NCBI GenBank assembly: GCA_021831595.1
Contig: JAKBMK010000022.1
Location: 1 to 61,456, forward strand
Direction: 5' to 3'
Length of the DNA: 61,456 nt
Source of the DNA: a bacterium
GTDB lineage: Bacteria > Patescibacteriota > Minisyncoccia > Phycocordibacterales > UBA9973
In this document: piece by piece, positions 28,504-37,908 of the stretch
Layout: the number at the start of each line of letters is the position of its first letter
Numbering within the stretch: position 1 is the stretch's first letter
Program-made: the position numbers and the translations under genes
Notes under the pieces: generated by a model
What the model was told of the DNA's origin: nothing
The model's input: only the letters and a program-made list of their open reading frames with translations
Databases searched by the model: none

Positions 28504-29123
28504 ATGAACAATTTAGATCAAAAAAATAGATTATATAAAAAGGGGCTTTGGTTAGAATATTTTACGGTCGGTTACAATATTGTTGAAGGATTTGTTTCAA
28601 TCGGCTCAGGAATAATTGCTGGAAGTGTTGCTTTAATTAGTTTCGGTTTGGATAGCTTTATAGAGTCTATCTCTGGAGGAGTTCTTATTTGGAGACTGAA
28701 ATATAATTTGGAAGATAAAAAAAGGAAGAAGAAATTGAGCGAAAGGCTGTTAAATATGTGGCTTATTCTTTTTTCATTCTTGCCTTTTATGTGGCGTATG
28801 AAGCAATTAAAAAACTTTACCTTAATGAAATGCCTGAAGGTTCATTAATGGGCATAATTATAGCGTCTCTTTCTATTATTATTATGCCATTTCTTGCCAG
28901 TCAAAAACGAAAGGTAGGTGAAAAAATCGGTAGTAAGGCATTAGTGGCTGATTCTAAAGAAACCGTTGCCTGTGTTATACTTTCAGTAACTTTACTTATT
29001 GGGCTTTTGTTTAATTATTTTTTTGGTTGGTGGTGGGCAGACCCAATTGCTTCTTTAATAATTGTCTGGTTCTTGATTAAAGAAGGGCGAGAGTTGTTAG
29101 AAGGTGAAGAAAATGAGAATTGA
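28504..29123 (+). pseudogene. cation-efflux (CDF-like) membrane protein split by a frameshift at an A7 run
   Basis: ORFs 28504-28848 and 28758-29123 are two halves of one protein. The frames join at AAAAAAA (28717-28723). One extra A would give ...LEDKKKEEEIERKAVKYVAYSFF... Confidence 0.6.
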
Positions 29124-29168
29124 TATTGAAATAATTCTATGATTAAATAAAAATTAACTTTGCAAATT

Positions 29169-29534
29169 ATGAACAATTTAAATAAAGAAATTAAAAAGTT
29201 TTCTGAATCTATTCAAAAAACAAAAGATTATCAAGATTATAAAAAGGCATCCGAAATATATAATAATGACAAGGAAGCTCAAAAACTGCTAAAAGATTTT
29301 CAGGAAGCTCAGCGAGCATCCGCTATCTTTCAACAAGGAGATTTCCCTGGGATGGCAGAGCAGAGAGCGAAAACCGAAGAATTGTTAAACGAAGTCAGAA
29401 AAAGTAAAGTGATTAATGATTGGATAAAAACCAAAAGAAAAGCCCAAGGTGCAATAAGTGAAATGGCAATTACCTTGAGTAATGATCTTGACCTTAATTT
29501 TGCTCCGCCTCAAAAGGGTGGTTGCTGCGGATAA
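29169..29534 (+). CDS. YlbF/YmcA-like helical protein with C-terminal GGCCG tail
   Basis: ORF trimmed to the ATG at 29169 (MNNLNKE). The YQDYKKA...DKEAQKLLKDFQEAQ pattern is YlbF-like. Confidence 0.45.
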   Translation: MNNLNKEIKKFSESIQKTKDYQDYKKASEIYNNDKEAQKLLKDFQEAQRASAIFQQGDFPGMAEQRAKTEELLNEVRKSKVINDWIKTKRKAQGAISEMAITLSNDLDLNFAPPQKGGCCG

Positions 29535-29799
29535 TCCATAAAAATACTCAAAACTAATGAATAAAGATAATACTAATGGGAATGAGGTGACTGTTGAAAA
29601 AAAAGAAATATCCCTTGAAGAATTTAAAAATAACCCAACTATATCAATATAGTATCTCATTTTAATGAGCAATTACTTAAAAATTTAATAAATTAAATTT
29701 TTGGGGATAGTTATTTATCTAATTTAATATTTTTTTAAATTATCTTTTATAGTAGTTAACCCAAAAGCAGAGATATTTCTATCCCTAAAATAACATTAT

Positions 29800-31734
29800 C
29801 TAGGCTTTTTTAAATAGTCTAAGCCCATTTAAAATAACAAGTATTGCTACTCCAGTATCTGCTGCAATCGCAATACCAAGATTTGAAATCCCAAATACAG
29901 CTAAAATAAGAAAAGCAACTTTTGCAAGAAGTGCGGCACTGATGTTTTGTTTTACTGTTTTTATCGTTTTTTTACTTAGTTCAACCGTTTGGGGAATATT
30001 TAGAATATTATCATTCATGAGTGCAATATCAGCAGTTTCAATAGCCACGTCTGAACCTTTTGCACCCATTGCAATACCTACATTTGAGAGGGCAAGTGAC
30101 GGTGCGTCGTTAACACCATCGCCAACCATAACAACAGAGCTGTGCTTATCTCTGAGTATTTGAATTTTATTAACTTTTTCATCAGGAAGAAGAGAACCAA
30201 AAACCTCTGTTATTCCCAAATTATTAGCCACATACGAAGCGGTGTGTTGATTATCACCAGTAAGCATTATGGTCTCCACCCCCAGAGTGCGAAGCTGTGT
30301 AATTGTTTCTTTTGCTTCATCTCTTATCTTGTCGGATATAGCTAGGGCACCCATTATTTGTTGACCCTCACTTACTAAAACTACAGTTTTGCCTTCTTTC
30401 TCAAACTTTTCAACTTTGTCTATAATTCCTTTAGTAGAGACACTATGTGAATCCATAAGTTTTAGATTACCTACACAATGTTCTAAATCATCACATATCA
30501 TACATGTTGCCCTTCCTCCTTTCCCTGCAATGTTCTGATAGTTTTGCATGCCGTGGGGACTTATTCCTTTTTCCTTTGCAAAATTTAAAATACTTTTTGC
30601 AAGTGGGTGTGAAGAAAATTGTTCAAGACCAGCTGCGTCCTCTAAAACTTGTTCTTCAGTAAATCCATTAAAAGCGACAACATCTGAGATGTATGGTTCT
30701 CCAAGCGTCAAGGTGCCTGTTTTATCAAATGCAATCACTTTTACTCTCTTCAATTCTTCCAAATATTTACCTCCTTTAATCAGCACACCTCTCCTTGAGG
30801 CACCACCAATCGCTGAAGTAATAGCTACAGGTGTCGAAATAACCAAGGCACACGGACAAGCAATGACAAGCAGAATAATTGCTCTATCAAGCCAAACCAA
30901 GAAAGAATCACCAGTTATTAAGGGTCCAGCTAGTGTTATTAAAAATGCTATAGCAACAACAGATGGAGTGTAATATTTCGCAAAGCGGTCGATGAATTCC
31001 TGTGTAGGAGCTTTAGCTTTCTGTGCTTGTTCAATAAGTGCGATAATTTTTGAAAAGGTGGAATTTTTACTGTCTTTTGTTGTCTCAATCTCCAAGTAAC
31101 CATTTTCATTCAATGTTCCAGCAAAGACGGTGTCACCCTCTCTCTTGTCTTTGGGGATAGATTCACCCGTTATTGTAGCTTCATTAACAGCAGATAATCC
31201 TTTGATAATTTTTCCATCTAGCGGAATGAGTTCTCCTGGGCGTACTGACACTATTTGTCCAATCATAACTTCACTTACAGCAATATTTTTACCATCGAGA
31301 AGTGTTGCTGTCTGCGGAGACTTGTGGATAAGGGCCTGCAGTGCACGACGAGATCGATCAATGCCATATTCTTCAAAAGCTTCTGCAAGTGAAAAGAAAA
31401 AAATAACTGCGGCTGCTTCGGGAAGTTCGCCAAGATATATCGCACCTAAAGATGCAATCACTACTAAAAAATCAATATTAAGAAACTTTTGTTTCGATAA
31501 TCCTCTCCATGCACCCTTTACCACATAGATACCTCCAGAAAGAATTGCGAGATAATAAATTGCAGTGACAAGAGTAGCTCCAACCGGAAGGAAACTCAAA
31601 ATAAAACCTAGAACAACACATACTCCCGCAACATAAGTTAAGAGTTTTTTCCAGTTTACATGTTTGATAATCGTTGAAGTTTTTGCTTCGAGTTCACAAC
31701 ATGTATTATTTTTTATATTTTCATTTTCCATCAT
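29800..31734 (-). CDS. heavy-metal P1B-type ATPase (Zn/Cd/Co-type, no HMA domain)
   Basis: 644 aa. CPC in TM6 (IACPCALVISTP), DKTGTLT, GDGVNDAP and TGES. The N-terminus has only a CC pair. Confidence 0.9.
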   Translation of the reverse strand: MMENENIKNNTCCELEAKTSTIIKHVNWKKLLTYVAGVCVVLGFILSFLPVGATLVTAIYYLAILSGGIYVVKGAWRGLSKQKFLNIDFLVVIASLGAIYLGELPEAAAVIFFFSLAEAFEEYGIDRSRRALQALIHKSPQTATLLDGKNIAVSEVMIGQIVSVRPGELIPLDGKIIKGLSAVNEATITGESIPKDKREGDTVFAGTLNENGYLEIETTKDSKNSTFSKIIALIEQAQKAKAPTQEFIDRFAKYYTPSVVAIAFLITLAGPLITGDSFLVWLDRAIILLVIACPCALVISTPVAITSAIGGASRRGVLIKGGKYLEELKRVKVIAFDKTGTLTLGEPYISDVVAFNGFTEEQVLEDAAGLEQFSSHPLAKSILNFAKEKGISPHGMQNYQNIAGKGGRATCMICDDLEHCVGNLKLMDSHSVSTKGIIDKVEKFEKEGKTVVLVSEGQQIMGALAISDKIRDEAKETITQLRTLGVETIMLTGDNQHTASYVANNLGITEVFGSLLPDEKVNKIQILRDKHSSVVMVGDGVNDAPSLALSNVGIAMGAKGSDVAIETADIALMNDNILNIPQTVELSKKTIKTVKQNISAALLAKVAFLILAVFGISNLGIAIAADTGVAILVILNGLRLFKKA

Positions 31735-31755
31735 ATTTAGTTTGTTTAATTACTA

Positions 31756-32514
31756 TTATCTTGATTTATTTTTTTCAGAAATTGTTGACTGAAGCAACGA
31801 TTTAAAATCTTCATACCCCTGTGGGTTTTCAATCTTTTCACCATTTAAGAAAAATGACGGTGTCCCTTGAAGATTTAGTTTTTGTCCTGACTTACGATCC
31901 CTCTCTATTCGACTTTTCACTTCCTGTGAAATAATATCCTTTTCGTATTGATTCATATCAAGTTCGATTTGACGAGCATAATTTTCAAAAATTTTAGGAT
32001 CTGGTGTTTGCTTTTCTCCCCAGTCTCTTTGATTTTCAAATAGAGTATTATGCATCTCCCAATATTTTCCTTGCTTACCAGCGGCCTCTACTGCAAGTGC
32101 AGAAGTCATACTATTTTTATGTCCCGGGAGAGGAAAGTATCTTACGACAAATCTTACCTCGTCTTTATATTCTTCAGATAAGCGTTTTATTACAGGATAA
32201 TATGCTCCGCATGCTTCGCATTCGAAATCAAGATATTCTACAATTGTAACAGGAGCATCTTTATTACCTTTAACCCAATCATCAGATACTACTGAAAGAA
32301 TCTCATTAGTAGGAGTTACTGGCTTATTTGACCTATACCAGAAAATCCCAACTATTGATCCTGCAATTAAAAGCAGTGTCACAACTCTCTTTGTCCATTT
32401 CCTAACCTTTTTTGAATGTTGTTTTGCTTGTTCTTCTATGGCTTTTTCCTGCCGATATAATTCTTTCCGCTCTCTCTTGGTAATTACCAGATTGTTTTGT
32501 TTATTGTATTCCAT
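31756..32514 (-). CDS. membrane-anchored DsbA-like thiol:disulfide oxidoreductase
   Basis: 252 aa. One TM helix and a thioredoxin fold with CEAC (FECEACGAYYP). Confidence 0.75.
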   Translation of the reverse strand: MEYNKQNNLVITKRERKELYRQEKAIEEQAKQHSKKVRKWTKRVVTLLLIAGSIVGIFWYRSNKPVTPTNEILSVVSDDWVKGNKDAPVTIVEYLDFECEACGAYYPVIKRLSEEYKDEVRFVVRYFPLPGHKNSMTSALAVEAAGKQGKYWEMHNTLFENQRDWGEKQTPDPKIFENYARQIELDMNQYEKDIISQEVKSRIERDRKSGQKLNLQGTPSFFLNGEKIENPQGYEDFKSLLQSTISEKNKSR

Positions 32515-32521
32515 AATATTT

Positions 32522-33232
32522 TTATCTTAATGTTCTTATTTTGTACACATTGTTATTCATAATTTTCCGCACGACTTGAGTGAAAACTAATTTTTTTATA
32601 CCTGAGAGATTACTGCCGAACTTTTCATAAAATACATCCGGCGAATCAAACACTCCAAAATCTTTAACGATACCCTCCTTTTGAATATATGTATTACATT
32701 CACTCCATTCATTTGAAATGTTCTGAAAATTTTTTACATCAACACCATAACCGCAAAAGTCACCAGAGGAATTCCCAAACATAGACTTTAATCCTTTCAG
32801 ATATGCGCTGTCCAAAATAAGTCCTTCCATCTCAAACCATGTACCATTATAGTACACTTCTGCCCAGCTATGAATTATTTCCTTCGGTGCTAGAAAATAT
32901 GCTACTCCATTTATTAATCCCTTCTGTAATTCTTTATGTATAGCAAAGCCGTGGAATCTACACGGTATGTTTACCGCCCGAAGCAGTGTCATGAATAAAA
33001 TTGTCTTAGTGTTACATTGTCCGTATCCATCACGCAGAATCTCTGAAGCTGACAGGTCGTCTGATTTGTTGTATCCAAAGCTGATATCATCTTTGACAAA
33101 ATTGTAAATACTTAAAATCCTGTCTTTCTCTGCCAAAGATAACCAGTTCTTATCTTGTATAAGACTTTGTACTCTCGAATTATTGTAATCAAGCAGTTTT
33201 GTGGATTTTAAATATTGTTTCATTTCTTCCAT
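32522..33232 (-). CDS. transglutaminase-like cysteine protease-fold protein
   Basis: 236 aa. GYGQCNTKT (catalytic Cys) and HSWAEVY (His). Confidence 0.75.
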   Translation of the reverse strand: MEEMKQYLKSTKLLDYNNSRVQSLIQDKNWLSLAEKDRILSIYNFVKDDISFGYNKSDDLSASEILRDGYGQCNTKTILFMTLLRAVNIPCRFHGFAIHKELQKGLINGVAYFLAPKEIIHSWAEVYYNGTWFEMEGLILDSAYLKGLKSMFGNSSGDFCGYGVDVKNFQNISNEWSECNTYIQKEGIVKDFGVFDSPDVFYEKFGSNLSGIKKLVFTQVVRKIMNNNVYKIRTLR

Positions 33233-33247
33233 AATTAATATTTTAAG

Positions 33248-34321
33248 TTATTGCAACTTTTCAGGTTCGATTGCTCGATCATATCTTCTGCCCTCGAACA
33301 TAATAGTTGGTATCTTTATTGTTTTAATTGTATTTTCTACAATATCTTTTTGGTTGACTAAGCTTGATTTTACAATATCTGAATTCGCAGTTTGCTGTAT
33401 TTTAACTAAATCTCCTTTTGAGTACCCAATTTCTGTCAACCAAGTAAGTATTACATCTTCAGCTTCTTTTGCTGTATAAATTGTATTGAATTTAATTTGA
33501 TAATCAACATTATCAACATCTTTTCTCGTGAATATTCTCTCCAAAATTTGCCAGTCCGCTGGTGTATTTAGAGATGACAAAGGGTATATCTTTACTGCCT
33601 CTAAATATGAAGCTATCATTTTTGAGTTAGGAAATCTATATCCATTATTTTGTTTCGTATCGGGTATTGGATAAACCAAATAGGTGAGATTGTATTTGTC
33701 GGCAAATTGGGTGTCTTTTATATTCCCAAATAATTTGGCACAAAATTTACAGCTCGGATCTATTATCTCTAGAGCAATAGATTTATTTGTGTCGTATGTT
33801 TTGTAATAGCTGTTAGAATCGGAAATAAATTCTTTGGGGTCCCATTTTTTGAATCGGTTTGGAATCATTGTAATCGTTTCACCAAAGGTTAGAACACTAT
33901 CTTTTGCCCACATGAGCACTTGTCCTTCTTTTAAAGAAACCCAGAACCCCGGCTTCCCTGATGTAATACCGCATGATTCTCCAGCCAATGAACAAGACTC
34001 GGCATTATTTGGATTACATGTATCATAAACCAAGAGGTTGAGTCCGCTGTTAAAAACAACAAGTAGACTCCATACGCTTAAAAACACAAAGATTGATGCA
34101 AAAACCCCTATCCAACGGTCAAGAAACTTAGCTAGGCGAGGTTTTGTGATTATAAGCTTTCCTAACAGCCTAGCTTTTGCTTCTTCTTGGAAATTAATAT
34201 CGCAAGGCCTAAAAGTCATCTTCCGAAGAGTGCAACTCCAAGCCTTTTTAGCCAAGGATCTGTATTTAGCGGAAAAAATTCCTAAGATTGCGAAAATTAT
34301 AAATGCTGCAATGCAAAACAT
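33248..34321 (-). CDS. membrane protein with Cys-rich N-terminal part and DsbA-like CxxC domain
   Basis: 357 aa. Two TM helices, several Cys pairs and IIDPSCKFCAKLF. Confidence 0.5.
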   Translation of the reverse strand: MFCIAAFIIFAILGIFSAKYRSLAKKAWSCTLRKMTFRPCDINFQEEAKARLLGKLIITKPRLAKFLDRWIGVFASIFVFLSVWSLLVVFNSGLNLLVYDTCNPNNAESCSLAGESCGITSGKPGFWVSLKEGQVLMWAKDSVLTFGETITMIPNRFKKWDPKEFISDSNSYYKTYDTNKSIALEIIDPSCKFCAKLFGNIKDTQFADKYNLTYLVYPIPDTKQNNGYRFPNSKMIASYLEAVKIYPLSSLNTPADWQILERIFTRKDVDNVDYQIKFNTIYTAKEAEDVILTWLTEIGYSKGDLVKIQQTANSDIVKSSLVNQKDIVENTIKTIKIPTIMFEGRRYDRAIEPEKLQ

Positions 34322-34323
34322 AA

Positions 34324-35523
34324 TTATAAATTAGTCATAATAGTTTGTAATGTTTTTACGAAAAAATCAACTTGCTCTTTCGTGTTATTGAGACCAAGGG
34401 ATACTCGCACTAGTGGCGGATATTTCTTGAGATTCTTTAGATAATAATGGCAACAAAAATACCCACTTCGAACCATAATGTTTTGTGCAGATAGAAAAAT
34501 TGCTAAACGGTGAGCATCAATCTTGTCGGAATAGAAGCTCACAATAGAACTAGGAGAACTGTTGATGAGTTTTATGTTTGGAATATTAGATAGTTCATCA
34601 AATAGAAAGCGTAAAAGTTTTTCCTGATAAGCTTGAGTTGTAACTCCTTCTTGTTGGTAATTTTTAATCCAATTTATACTAGCAGAGAGACCAATTATCC
34701 CAGCAAAATTTTGCAAACCAATTTCAAGTCGACTGTTCAAATCATCTGGATCAGATATTAACTTATATGTGTCTGATTCTACTTCTTCAACCATACCACC
34801 GCCGATAAATCCAATGTCGAGAATTGCAAGAAGAGTTTTTTTGATCACGATTACTCCTATGCTTGGACCATACATCTTGTGTCCAGAAAAGAATAATGCG
34901 TCAAAATCACTTTCTTGAATGATTTTCTGATTATGACTAATCCCTTGAGCAGCATCAATCAGAACAATTCCGCCAGTCTTGTGTAGATCATTTGCTATTT
35001 CTTTTAAATTAACAAGTTCACGACCATCAATATTCGACATACTGTTTAAAACAGCAACCGATTCAGACAGATCATTTTTATCATACACCAATGACCCATC
35101 AACAGAACGCTGAAGCACAATACGGGGAATACCCAATCTCTTTGCTATAGTCATTGTAGGCAAGAAAACGGAATTATGTTCTATATCCGAAGTAATTATT
35201 TTCTTGAATTTAGGAGGTAGTTGATTAAGCACCAAGTTGAGACCATAAGTTGTGTTGAGTGTAAAAGCCACAGTATATTTAGAACTCGATTTTCCAACAA
35301 AATTAAGAACTTTCTTTCTGGTCTCTTTTATTTTCTCATCCAATTTTATACCCCAATTGTATTTAACGCGTCCTCCACATGAATTATATTCGTGATAATA
35401 CTCATCCATCATGTCTATAACCTGTTGTGGTCGCAATGTCTGACAGGCTGAATCAAGATAGATATTTTTTTTATCTAGATAATCAAAGTCAGACATATTT
35501 TTATTATTAGCTGATATTTGCAT
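34324..35523 (-). CDS. class V aminotransferase / cysteine desulfurase-like
   Basis: 399 aa. LDSACQT, IDAAQG, FSGHKMYGP (PLP Lys) and a C-terminal RSGYFCCH. Confidence 0.8.
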   Translation of the reverse strand: MQISANNKNMSDFDYLDKKNIYLDSACQTLRPQQVIDMMDEYYHEYNSCGGRVKYNWGIKLDEKIKETRKKVLNFVGKSSSKYTVAFTLNTTYGLNLVLNQLPPKFKKIITSDIEHNSVFLPTMTIAKRLGIPRIVLQRSVDGSLVYDKNDLSESVAVLNSMSNIDGRELVNLKEIANDLHKTGGIVLIDAAQGISHNQKIIQESDFDALFFSGHKMYGPSIGVIVIKKTLLAILDIGFIGGGMVEEVESDTYKLISDPDDLNSRLEIGLQNFAGIIGLSASINWIKNYQQEGVTTQAYQEKLLRFLFDELSNIPNIKLINSSPSSIVSFYSDKIDAHRLAIFLSAQNIMVRSGYFCCHYYLKNLKKYPPLVRVSLGLNNTKEQVDFFVKTLQTIMTNL

Positions 35524-35524
35524 A

Positions 35525-36262
35525 CTACTTCAAAGCCTGCTCAATGAGTGCTTTTATAGATTCATAAGGCTGTGCGCCAGAGAGTGGGTATTTTTCTCCG
35601 TTTTTGGCAACTACAATACTCCAAGGTGTGCCGTTGCCTCCTGTTGCTTGTGCATTCTGCACATGCTCTTCAATTTTCTTAGCATATCTACCGCTTGTTA
35701 GACACTCATTGAATTTACCTGTATCAAGACCAACATATTGGGCAATCTTAGGCAATTCCGCTGGATCCAGTCCATTGTTTGCTGGAGTAATTTCCATAAG
35801 TCGATCTAAATATGCCCAGAACTTATCATTACCCCCAAGTTCTCCTGCACATTCAGTAGCTTCTGCCTCCTTTCGTGCTTTTGAGTGTAATTGATCAAGT
35901 GGGAAATGACGATACACCCAGGCAACTTTCCCTTGTTTCCCTTCATTATCCATAACTTGCTTCATTGTGTCATGAAAACGCTTACAGAATGGACATTCAG
36001 TATCTGAATATTCTACAATTTTTACTGGGGCATTTATATTACCCCTAATGTGATCTTCTTTGTTAATTGGTTTTAATTTATCTAAGTTTTGAGTAGGCTC
36101 TTCAGCTATTTGTTGATTTGAATTAGATTCTGTGTTTTTTATATTATTAGTATTTGATTTTTCACTACTATAAATTACAGAACCAGCAATTAGAACTGCA
36201 GCGATTACGATAGCGATTGGCATTGCCAATGTATTTTTTGGGCTTTGTTTATTTTCTTCCAT
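35525..36262 (-). CDS. membrane-anchored DsbA-like thiol:disulfide oxidoreductase
   Basis: 245 aa. ECPFCKRFH CxxC and GTPWSIV (cis-Pro loop region). Confidence 0.8.
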   Translation of the reverse strand: MEENKQSPKNTLAMPIAIVIAAVLIAGSVIYSSEKSNTNNIKNTESNSNQQIAEEPTQNLDKLKPINKEDHIRGNINAPVKIVEYSDTECPFCKRFHDTMKQVMDNEGKQGKVAWVYRHFPLDQLHSKARKEAEATECAGELGGNDKFWAYLDRLMEITPANNGLDPAELPKIAQYVGLDTGKFNECLTSGRYAKKIEEHVQNAQATGGNGTPWSIVVAKNGEKYPLSGAQPYESIKALIEQALK

Positions 36263-36322
36263 GTTTTTATAAAGTTAAATTAATAAATCCGCATCGAAAG
36301 ATCGAGGCGTTTTTAATTTTAT

Positions 36323-36712
36323 TTAGAAGATTTTGGGATTTAAAATTCCATTAGAAAAAGCATCTTTAAGTGGATTAAATATCCGAAAACTATTTATGAT
36401 ATTTTTTAAAAATAAAAAAGATGGTTTCTGTATTAAAAATCTATTAGAAAAAGCAAATCTGCCTATTAGAATAAATGCTAGGATAAATAGAAACATAGAT
36501 ACTATATTTTTTGTTGGCAACACAGTAAAAGCATTTTGCCATTCCTGAAAATGTTCCATTGGATTCATTTGACACATAGCCTCTGAATGAGCACTGAAAG
36601 GGCAATTGGTTTCAGATTTATTAGAAGTCAATCCAGACTCAAGCTGAAAGAACCCAAAAATTAGGACCCAGATGGTAAATATTATTACTGCAAATTTTAT
36701 TAAATCTTTCAT
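36323..36712 (-). CDS. small 2-TM protein with C-x11-C-x-M / EH..WQ motif (paralog of 36873-37316)
   Basis: 129 aa. NCPFSAHSEAMCQMNPMEHFQEWQ and a C-terminal FSNGILNPK. Confidence 0.55.
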   Translation of the reverse strand: MKDLIKFAVIIFTIWVLIFGFFQLESGLTSNKSETNCPFSAHSEAMCQMNPMEHFQEWQNAFTVLPTKNIVSMFLFILAFILIGRFAFSNRFLIQKPSFLFLKNIINSFRIFNPLKDAFSNGILNPKIF

Positions 36713-36780
36713 ATTGGGTTGATAATAAAAATATTACTTAGGTAATTATAACATTTATATAATATTATACATAGGCTACA

Positions 36781-36819
36781 ATCATTGACATGTATACCCC
36801 CTTGGGGTATACTAATGAT
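36781..36819. promoter_or_regulatory. CsoR-type operator embedded in a TTGACA-17-TATACT promoter
   Basis: ATCATTgacatGTATACCCCcttGGGGTATACtAATGAT. The core GTATACCCC-ctt-GGGGTATAC is at 36792-36812. The -35 TTGACA is at 36785-36790 and the -10 TATACT is at 36808-36813. Confidence 0.6.
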
Positions 36820-36872
36820 TGTATAAATCTTGTTGCTTTTTAAAAATAAAGCATGATATAATAACTACCTGT

Positions 36873-37316
36873 ATGAAATTAATGGCAAAAAATAATAAAT
36901 TCGGGAAAGTATTGCTTATAATATCAGCTCTGTTTTTTATATGGATTAGTTCTTTTGGATTAATGTACCATATGAATGAAATGAAACTCGATTCAACCAA
37001 AAATAGTTGTTTATTCAGTGGCTCACCAGAAGCTTGTGCTATGACTTTTTCTGAACACGTTACTCTTTGGCAAGGAATGACAACAACTTTACCTCAAAAT
37101 ATTTTAGGTATTATGGGTACCCTTTTGGCGATGGTAACATTTGCTCTAGTATTTACTTTTTATAGAAATTATCTTTTTGAATTTACTCGGCGTATTTCTT
37201 TTCGGTTTAGACTTTATATAAAACAACATCCACAAATAAACCTTTTCAATTATCTAGGAGAAGTATTTTCTAGTGGTATTCTTAATACAAAAAAATATAA
37301 GTTAGCAACAATATAG
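36873..37316 (+). CDS. small 2-TM protein with C-x10-C-x-M / EH..WQ motif (paralog of 36323-36712)
   Basis: ORF 36819 trimmed to the ATG at 36873, which is downstream of both promoter boxes. SCLFSGSPEACAMTFSEHVTLWQ and a C-terminal FSSGILNTK. Confidence 0.55.
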   Translation: MKLMAKNNKFGKVLLIISALFFIWISSFGLMYHMNEMKLDSTKNSCLFSGSPEACAMTFSEHVTLWQGMTTTLPQNILGIMGTLLAMVTFALVFTFYRNYLFEFTRRISFRFRLYIKQHPQINLFNYLGEVFSSGILNTKKYKLATI

Positions 37317-37411
37317 TTTTGCGATTTACCAAGTTTAGTTTGGTCGCTTTTGGTAAATAATATCGCAAGGCTTTTTTGTTGTTTATTTATCAAATAAATC
37401 TTACTAATGTA

Positions 37412-37903
37412 ATGAAAAAAACTATAATTATCACCCTCCTTATAGTGGCAGGCCTTATAGGTCTTATATGGTTGGGTAGTAAAAATCAAAAATCACCAGT
37501 GGCAGATTCTGGTATAAAAAGTGCTCTCACTTCTTCTGAATATGTTTATGACTTTGGTTCTATCTCAATGAAAGATGGTGATGTGACCAAAGAATTTACT
37601 GTAACTAATGGAACAGATAAAGATATTACTTTTCCAACTCTCGTGACTTCGTGTATGTGTACAAAAGCATATTTTGTATCACCTGACGGCAAAACAAAGG
37701 GACCTTTCGGTATGCCAGGCATGGGTTATGTTCCACCTCTTGATGAAACAATTAAAGCTGGAGAAAGTCGTATAGTTAGAGCTGTTTATGATCCAAACGC
37801 TCACGGTCCTGCTGGAGTTGGTGTAATAGACAGATTCATAACTCTTACTGACACAACTGGAAGTAGCCTCAAATTAGAAATTAAAGCGGTAGTAACGCCA
37901 TAA
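37412..37903 (+). CDS. secreted DUF1573-like protein
   Basis: MKKTIIITLL signal anchor. YDFGSI...VTKEFTVTNGTDKDITF...SCMCT is the DUF1573 pattern. Confidence 0.5.
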   Translation: MKKTIIITLLIVAGLIGLIWLGSKNQKSPVADSGIKSALTSSEYVYDFGSISMKDGDVTKEFTVTNGTDKDITFPTLVTSCMCTKAYFVSPDGKTKGPFGMPGMGYVPPLDETIKAGESRIVRAVYDPNAHGPAGVGVIDRFITLTDTTGSSLKLEIKAVVTP

Positions 37904-37908
37904 TAATT

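Noticed and set aside
29566-29661. 31-codon ORF (MNKDNTNGNEVTVEKKEISLEEFKNNPTISI) after the YlbF-like gene, considered as a leader or RiPP precursor.
   Set aside because: No Cys/Ser/Thr-rich core, no adjacent modifying enzyme, and no promoter or ribosome-binding signal. It is indistinguishable from a chance ORF.
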